From the NCBI GenBank assembly GCA_964016885.1, contig OZ024743.1:170066001-170130000 (forward strand): a stretch of DNA of 64,000 nucleotides, in the 5' to 3' direction. Shown here in pieces: positions 56,130 through 64,000 of the stretch. Source of the stretch: Eledone cirrhosa (taxonomy: Eukaryota). The notes beneath the pieces were generated by a model. That model saw nothing but the letters and a program-made list of their open reading frames with translations. It ran no database searches and was not told the origin of the DNA. The position numbers and the translations under genes were made by a program. The first letter of the stretch is position 1, and every line of letters begins with the position of its first letter.

Positions 56130-57813
56130 CAATATATAAGCAGTTTTATAAATAAATTTGACGTACCATAAAATATTGATCAACTTCCATTTAAAAATCA
56201 GGCTTACTCTGGCAACTTAAACATGATAACGTTGGATATTCGTTGTTTTGGAATATAGTCTCAAGAGGGATTCCTTTTAATTCCTCATCTGAGACATGTG
56301 ACCTCTGCCTGGAGGAGATATTCTTTATATTAAAATCTAAAAATTTCCTTAATCTAAGGAGCAATTTATTCAGTTGCTGCAAGACATAGATTGAACTCAA
56401 CGTTTAAATATAAATATAAATTTAAAATGTAGTATATTTAGTTAAGATATTTATTTAATTAATTATGAAACATGACGATAAATCTTTTATTTATTTAATT
56501 AATTATGAAACATGACGATAAATTTTTCGATTCCTTCAACTTTTTTCTTTTTTTAAACCTTCTTCATAAATATATACTAATGATGTAATTAAACTACTCT
56601 AAAATGTTGATGCTCCCAATCTATTGAATAAATTTTACGCTAGATAAACTTCTATACTAAATATAAGAGCATCTGTAGAACAACAGAGTCTCCTAAATCT
56701 TTTAAATGATTTCTGCTAAATAAGTCTTGTTGAATAATTTTGATTTTTTGTTTGCTTTTGATTCTGATTGCTTCTAATGAACTTGGCAATATATTGTCAG
56801 ATAAATTGGAAGGGTTGATTTTTGTGGTTGATATGGGGGGCATACTGTGTTTTTTTTAAGGCCCTAGACACTCTAGGGAGTGATGAAAGTATTCTTAGCG
56901 TTTTGATATATAGATATCTGTTGTCTATTCTATACATGAACGATAATCATGTATGTGAGGGCAGGAATGTTAATATTAATATATATTTTATATTTTTTAT
57001 GTATGTGTATGTATGTATATATATATAATAAAATTTTTTCATGTGAAATAAGAAAAATTACAGAACTGATCACGTATGCTCATGTTTATATCTATAGTGT
57101 CAACTAGAACTTGAGATGACCTTCTCTTTTTCTCTTTCTTTCTTTTTCCGGAAAGTACATATATACTTATATATTTTGAGGTTTTATCTCAGGTTTTGAT
57201 ATATCGACCTAAGAATTTTTAAACTAAACATATGGTCATTATTTTTCACACATTATATATCTATGTCTCATTCATGAATATTGATATTTACAGTATAATA
57301 CCCAATTCATATAAATTGATAATTCAAATTGATAGGACATAACGTAAAGTTGTAAATCTGTCATCCTTCTCTCTAGATATAGCTTTCTTCTCCTCCCTCT
57401 ATACATGATGTAATTTATGTATCGCTGTTTTCTCTTTAGTTATTTTTTATTTTTATTTTTATTTATTTCTATCCGTCTCCTTAACACTATAACTAAATAA
57501 ATAAATAAATAAATAATTACAGTACCCCCCCCCCCCCTAAATCTCTCAATTTGCATGTTGAATTATTATTATTCATTTGTTACCTCAGCTGCCTCTCATT
57601 TTTCACCTCCTCACTATTTCTCTCTCCCATATCTCTCTCTATCTCTCTCTGTTTTTCTTTACATACATTTATTCCTTCTCTCCGTCTTTTTTTCTAACTG
57701 TACTTAACACTAAATATTTACAAACATTTCACTACCAAACCAACTTTTTTAAATGGAAGTTGATCAATATTTTATGGTACGTCAAATTTATTTATAAAAC
57801 TGCTTATATATTG

Positions 57814-57879
57814 TATTTTATCTGAAGAAGGCATGCCATATTTTTAATATGGTATCCCTGATATATGTATAATGAAATA
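57814..57879 (+). ncRNA. Type I hammerhead with GAAA-to-GATA mutation
   Basis: TATTTTAT CTGAAGA AGGCATGCCATA..TATGGTATCCCT GATA TATGTA TA ATGAAATA. Confidence 0.6.
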
Positions 57880-58009
57880 AATATGGTTTTATAAGTATAG
57901 TTTCCATTTGTTTAATATCGTATATCTACTCCAAAACTTGTTGAGTGCTTTATATCAGTTATAAAATATTTACTCGTTGTAACCCAACAATTTTAAATAA
58001 AACTTTTGC

Positions 58010-58129
<120 letters not shown>

Positions 58130-58153
58130 AGGCACATTTATATATATATATAT

Positions 58154-58486
58154 GAAGGCACATGACTTAGGGGTTAGAGCATTGGCCTTGTAATCGAAAG
58201 GTTATGAGTTCAATTCTCAGACCGGGTGATGTGTTGTTTCCTTGCGCAAGACACTTTATTTCACATTGCTCCAGTTTACTCACCTGTAGAAATGAGATGA
58301 TAGGGACGCCAGTCCCTATCATTCCACTGCAAAGTGGTCGTGGAGGTGCCACAGCAAAAAAGCATCCAGCACTCACTGTAAATGAGGTTGGTGTTAGGAA
58401 GGGCATCCAGCTGTAGAAATCAAGCCGGAATCAGTTCCCGTCCTACCCTTGCAAGCAGGGAAAAGCGGACGTAAAATGATGATGAT
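58154..58486 (+). mobile_element. Full-length tRNA-derived SINE (Meta-like plus Ceph-like cores, RTE tail)
   Basis: A-box-like TGACTTAGGGGTT, B-box-like GAGTTCAATTC, core CCTTG.GCAAGACACTT, AGCA.CCAGCACTCACTGTAAA..GGAAGGGCATCCAGCTGTAGAAA, and a (TGA)n tail. Confidence 0.87.
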
Positions 58487-58520
58487 ATATATTTATATAT
58501 ATATTTATATATATATATAT

Positions 58521-60197
58521 ATTGAGATTGACGAATATAGGGTCCAAGAGGCGATTAGGGAAATGAAAAATGGTAAGGCTGCCGGACCATCGGGAATAGT
58601 TGCTGAGATGCTGAAGGCATCAGGGGACGTACGCACTAAACTGGTTGCACGCATCATCAATCAGGCTATATATGGTGGTGTCATACCCAAAGACTGGTGC
58701 AGCAGTATTCTCATAAATTGCTACAAAGGTAAAGGGGATGCTTTGGAGAGGAGCAATTATAGGGGTATAAAACTGATAGATCAGGTTATGAAAGTGGCAG
58801 AAAGGATTTTAGCACAACTAATTAGAGAAAGGGCCAAACTAGATGAGATGCAGTTTGGTTTTGTGCCTGGGAAGAGTACAACAGATGCCCTCTTCTTGGT
58901 GAGACAATTGCAAGAGAGGTTCTTAGAGAAGAATAAGCCACTATACTTAGCCTTTGTTGACCTAGAGAAGGCCTTTGATAGGGTACCCCGATCTGTCATC
59001 TGGTGGTCCCTAAGGAAGCTAGGTGTTGAGGAATGGCTTGTGAGGACAGTGCAAACTTTGTACAGAGGTACTCTCAGTAAAGTCAGGGTAGGAATGGAGT
59101 TTAGTGAGGAATTCCAGATACAAGTAGGAGTACATCAGGGTTCGGTCCTCAGCCCGCTCTTGTTCATTATAGTCCTCCAAGCCATAACAGAGGAGTTTAA
59201 GTTTGACGATCTGGTTCTTATAGCAGAATCAGTAGAGGAGCTAGAGAATAAATTCTGGCTATGGAAACAGCAGTTGGAAGCAAGAGGACTGAGAGTGAAC
59301 CTAGCTAAGACAAAAGTGTTGATGAGTAGAAAAGAGGACAAAACCCTGATTCCGTCAGGGAAATGGCCATGTTCGATATGCAGAAAAGGAACTGGCATAA
59401 ATTCTATAAAATGCACACAATGCAGATCCTGGGTACACAAGAGATGTAGCGGGATAGCAGGCAAACTAACAGGTAGGGAGAAATATGTATGCAGTAGATG
59501 TACAGGGAAATTAGACAGTAGAAGTCGCTCTGATAGACACATTTTTCAAATGCAAGAGGGCGCTATAGAAGTGGTGGATAGCTTCCGGTACCTAGGAGAT
59601 CAGATTAGCATGGGAGGGGGGTGTTCCGAGGCCATAGTATCTAGAATAAGGATGGGTTGGAAGAAGTTTAGGGAGCTGCTTCCTCTGTTGACAAAGAAGG
59701 GTTTCTCCCTGCGTACGAAAGGCCGGTTGTATGATGCCTGTGTGAGGAGCGCGATGCTGCATGGTAGTGAGACATGGGCAGCAACTGCAGAGGATATGCG
59801 ACGGCTGGAGAGAAATGAGGCAAGCATGCTCCGTTGGATGTGCAGTGTAAATGTGCGTGAACGACCCAGCATAAATGTGTTGAGAGAGAAACTGTGTCTG
59901 AGAGGGATAGAATGTAGTGTACGGGAGAGGAGACTGAGGGGGTATGGACATGTGATGCGCATGGAGGATGACCGATGGGTGAAGAAGTGCCAGGAATTGC
60001 CAGTTGAAAGAAGACGTGGTAGAGGTAGACCACGAAAAACATGGGCGGAGGTGGTGAGAACAGACCTCAGATCATTGAAGCTCACGGTGGAGATGACGAG
60101 GGACCGTGACGAGTGGAGAGATGCTGTACTGAATAAGACCTGTCCCACCCTTGCAAGCAGAGAAAAGCGGACGTAAAATAATGATGATGATGATGAT
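58521..60197 (+). mobile_element. RTE-clade LINE family 1, 5'-truncated; open frame but the YADD region is deleted
   Basis: ORF runs to 60176. EEFKTGCPWELLYADD is reduced to EEFKFDD. PHD-like finger at 59370-59501; GRGRPRKTW; (GAT)n tail. Confidence 0.93.
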
Positions 60198-60226
60198 ATA
60201 TATTTATATATATATATTTATATAAT

Positions 60227-60867
60227 ACCTCTCATTTATATTTATACTCGGATTCTTTTCCTAGAGTGCTTAAACTATCTGACTAATCCCGGTTTTTTTC
60301 ATAAAAACTGTGATAATTATTGCTATTTTGCTGAACTCCTTTGTAGAGTTTTTTTCAGAATGTATTTGACTGCTATTTCTTGTAAATAAACATTCACTTC
60401 CATCCTGACGTCACTAGCCCCGTTTTTTCCTCATGTGCTTTTTCATAAATACACATGAAGGCGAACTAGCCAGTTTTAGAATTCCCTTTTTCGGATTATA
60501 CTACTGTGAGAGCCCTGGTTTCTGTTGAGCTCTGCTGATGAATGAAATCCAACCGTGACCATCTCCACTGAAAGTTTTCATGAAATAGTCTTTTAAGACT
60601 ATACAGAGCATTTGATGTTATTCCAAATTGAAGGATAAGTGTTTCAAACTTTATTTTATCATGAGTTAAAGGTCTATAGATTTTTCCCTGGATTTTACTA
60701 GGTTCTGTGGATGAACTTATATCCTGATTCTCTTTTGAGATGAGTTTGAGTTGTTTTTCCTAAATCTTTCGTTAACTACTTTTCCCATCTTGACGTTATA
60801 GTCGCATATATGTTATAGAATGCCGTTAGCTTCTTGCTAAAACAATCTCTATACCTCTCATTTATAT
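60227..60867 (+). repeat. Unclassified interspersed repeat bounded by a 14-bp direct repeat
   Basis: ACCTCTCATTTATA at 60227 and about 60853; the 3' part matches 52379-52475 (+) and 20238-20282 (-). Confidence 0.55.
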
Positions 60868-60891
60868 ATTTATATATATATATATATTTAT

Positions 60892-63800
60892 ATCATCATC
60901 ATCATCATCATCATCACCGTTTTACGTCCGTTCTTCCACGCTAGCATGGGTTAGACGGGTTGTCCTGTTGTGTGCAGTGTCTGGTCGGTTGACCATGCCT
61001 TGCTCATACAGGAACTGATCTGGCTTGATTTCTACAGCTGGATGCCCTTCCTAACACCAACCTCATTTACAGTGAGTGCTGGGTGCTTTTTTCGTGGCGC
61101 CTACACTTCCACTTTACAGTGTGGGCTGGGTGCTTTTTTGCCGTGGCACCTCCACGACCACCTTGCGGTGGGGGGTGTGGGGCATATTGTTTATATGCTT
61201 CAGCATGTACCCATGGGAGGTCGGGTACTCTGTATTACTGCGTGACGCCAGAAGTCACGGTCGTGTGTCATTGTCTTTGAGAGGTGTAATTGGGTAAGGT
61301 CGGCTTTTATCACCTCATCCCAGGTCATCTTGGGTCTCCCCACTCCGCGGTTTCCATCAACTTCTAGTGCTCTGCACCTTTTTATGCAGCTGCCATCCTT
61401 CATACGCATCACATGTCCATACCAGCGCAACCGCCTCTCCTGCACACAGCATTTGATTCCTCTTATGCTCAGTCTCTCTCTCAATTCATTTATGCTTTGT
61501 CGGAGCATGCAGGCTTCGTTTCTCTCTAATCTACGTAAGTCTTCCACCTTCAGCGCCCAGGTCTCACTACCATGCAACATCGCTGTTCGGATACACGCAT
61601 CATACAGTCTGCCTTTCATTCTGAGGGAGAAGCCTTTTGCAGCTAGCAGTGGTAGTAGTTCCCTAAACTTCTTCTATCCCGTTCTTACCCTAGTTATTGT
61701 ACTTTCTGAACACCCACCTCCATTGCTAATTCGGTCACCTAGGTAGCAGAAGCTGTCTACTGTTTCTACAGGGCCCTCCCAGAGATTGGTGGTACTTGTT
61801 TCCTGTGGCTGTTTGCTGCTTGCTGTTTCAGCACAGCTGCTGCATGTGAATCCTACATTCTTAATTAAGCTTCCTGAGATCCCGCTACATCTCTTGTGTA
61901 CCCATTGTTTGCATTTGGGGCAGAGAATGGAGTTCCTACCTACACCTTTCCTACATACTGAGCAAGGCCATTTCCCTGAGGGGATCTGGGTTCTGTTTTC
62001 TCGTCTACTTACAAGGACCTTAGTCTTTGTCATGTTGACTTTGAGACCCTTTCTCTCTAGTCCCTGCTTCCAGGTTTGGAATTTATTCTCTAGTTCTATC
62101 ATAGATTCAGCTATGAGTGCGAGGTCATCAGGATACAGGAGTTCCCATAGGCATCCGGTCTTAAATTCCTCCGTTATTGCCTGCAGGACTATGATGAACA
62201 GGAGAGGGCTAAGAACAGAGCCCTGGTGGACACCAGCCTGTACGCTAAATTCCTAGCTATACTCATTGCTAATCCTAACTTTGCTGACTGCTCCCCTATA
62301 CATGGCTTGTACCGCTTTCACAAGCCATTCATCTACTCCTAGTTTTCTAAGAGCCCACCAGATTACAGCACGTGGAACTCTGTCAAAGGCTTTCTCAAGG
62401 TCGACAAATGCCAAGTAGAGTGGCTTACTTTTAGCTAGGTACTTTTCCTGTAATTGCCTCACAAGGAAGAGGGCATCAGTGGTGCCTCTTCCTGGTACAA
62501 ACCCAAATTGCATCTCGTCTATTTTCACCCGGTCCCTAATCAGCTGTGCTATAACTCTTTCTGTTACTTTCATGACCTGGTCCATCAATTTTATACCTCT
62601 ATAGTTTCCTCTATCTAGTGCGTCGCCTTTGCCTTTGTAGCAGTTGACAATGATGCTACTGCACCAATCTTTTGGTATGGCCCCTTCTAGTATTACCTGG
62701 TTAACGATACGTGTGGTTATAGTGTGACCTACAGACCCAGATGCCTTCAGCATCTCGGCAGCTATACCCGATGGACCGGTTGCCTTCCCCATCTTCATAT
62801 CTCTGATTGCCTTACTTACTACGCTGCCGCTGACTTGTACTGCTGGTCCCTCTATAGGGTCTACTTGGGGTAGGGTCTCTTCTTCCCATGCATTCTCCTC
62901 ATTTAGTAATCTATCATAATGACTCTTCCATGCATCTTTCTTCTCAGCACTTGTGAGGGCAAGCTCACCTTTATCATTCCGGATACACTTCTCTCCAATG
63001 ACATCACAACTATCTCTGACACACTGCCTCGCAATCTTGAATACCTCCTGTTTCTGGTCCTCACGTTGTAAAACATGCTTGAATTTTCTATCCTCTGCTT
63101 CCCTCCTAGCTAAGTATACTTGTCGCCTAGCTTCCCTCTTGGTCTCTATGTAATGTACCCTGCTCCCCCCGTTCTTCCATTCTTTCCATGCCTGCCTCTT
63201 GGCCTTGACTGCTTCATCTACCTTATTGTTCCACCACCAAGTCACTCTCCTCCTGCTTGAGGTCTTACTCCAGCCACAGACCTCGTCCGTCGCCTCTAGT
63301 AAATTATTTTTTAGGAACTCCCAGTTCTCTTCTACATTAAATGTCTCTATCTGTTCTTCTTTACTGTCGTAGGCGTTGAGTAAAATATCTTTAAATCTGT
63401 TACTGGTTGAGGGGACTTTCAGCTTCCAGATCTTTCTTCTCCAGGTTGGCCTCTGTTTCAGGGCTCGTCTAGTTCTGACCGTGAGGTCGCTGACAACTAA
63501 GCTATATTGGGATGTACATTCCTCACTAGGGAAGGCTTTTGTGTTTACGACCGTCCATCTGTCACGTCCTCTGATGAGGATAAAATCTAACTGACTAGAG
63601 TGCTCCCCTGATCTATAGGTGATCAGGTGGTTGTCGGGTTTTTTTAAGTTTGTGTTACATATCGACATGTCATTGGCGTCGCAGAATTCTATAAGTCTGA
63701 ATCCTTCCTCATTCCTCATTCCTTGTGCCAACTCCATGGCCTCCATGTACTCTATTGAAGCCGTCGCAGTGTTTACCTACGTGTCCGTTAAAATCTCCTG

Positions 63801-64000
63801 CGATGATTAGGAAGTCCTTGTCGTCTGTTAGAGCAGTAGTGTGTATTAGGGACTCGTAAAACCTATCCTTAAGTTCGTCTGGCAGCCCCGATTGGGGTGC
63901 GTAAGCTGATATTATTGTGGTAATTGTCTTATTCAGGACTAGTCTGAGTTTAATGATTCTTGCATTTACCCTGTACACTGAGATTACTTTATCTACCCAC
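60892..64000 (-). mobile_element. RTE-clade LINE family 2 (APE, RT, PHD-like finger, Ceph-like 3' UTR), continues beyond window
   Basis: IISAYAPQ, AGDFNGHVG, SQLDFIL, TWWWN, NYRGIKL, FVDLEKAFDRVPR, LLYPDD; several stops; (GAT)n tail at 60892-60916. Confidence 0.93.

Noticed and set aside
58154-58222. tRNA gene
   Set aside because: tRNA-like head of a SINE; the cloverleaf is imperfect and it continues into SINE cores.
60532-60560. CTGATGAATGAAA as a hammerhead core
   Set aside because: No stem II and no pairable stems I or III.

Overview
This window is AT-rich eukaryotic intergenic or intronic DNA, probably cephalopod (octopus-like). That guess rests on a tRNA-derived SINE with Meta- and Ceph-domain-like cores. 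No host protein-coding gene is evident. The window is a dense nest of retroelements, almost all embedded in long (TA)n microsatellite tracts. It holds two CR1-group LINE families (seven copies), three RTE-clade LINE lineages with a PHD-type finger inside the RT, an RTEX-like 3' end, and SINEs. It also holds five coding Penelope-like elements (PLEs), three of them Naiad-like with YRDD motifs, plus many PLE terminal fragments and a long-TIR MITE. The many 'IYIYIY' ORFs are microsatellite translation artefacts. Most notable: (i) about 18 type I hammerhead ribozyme motifs from about 10 families, one pair showing stem covariation; (ii) ORF-less partial-tandem hammerhead elements (retrozyme-like, 529-nt and 188-nt units); (iii) six fold-back PLE insertions whose inverted arm ends at a TA microhomology with the flank; (iv) a near-intact Naiad-like PLE that appears to carry a compound microsatellite; (v) a chimeric SINE sitting beside the LINEs it shares modules with; (vi) an in-frame TGA at a conserved Cys of a Naiad-like GIY-YIG domain. 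All calls were made by eye; no searches were run.
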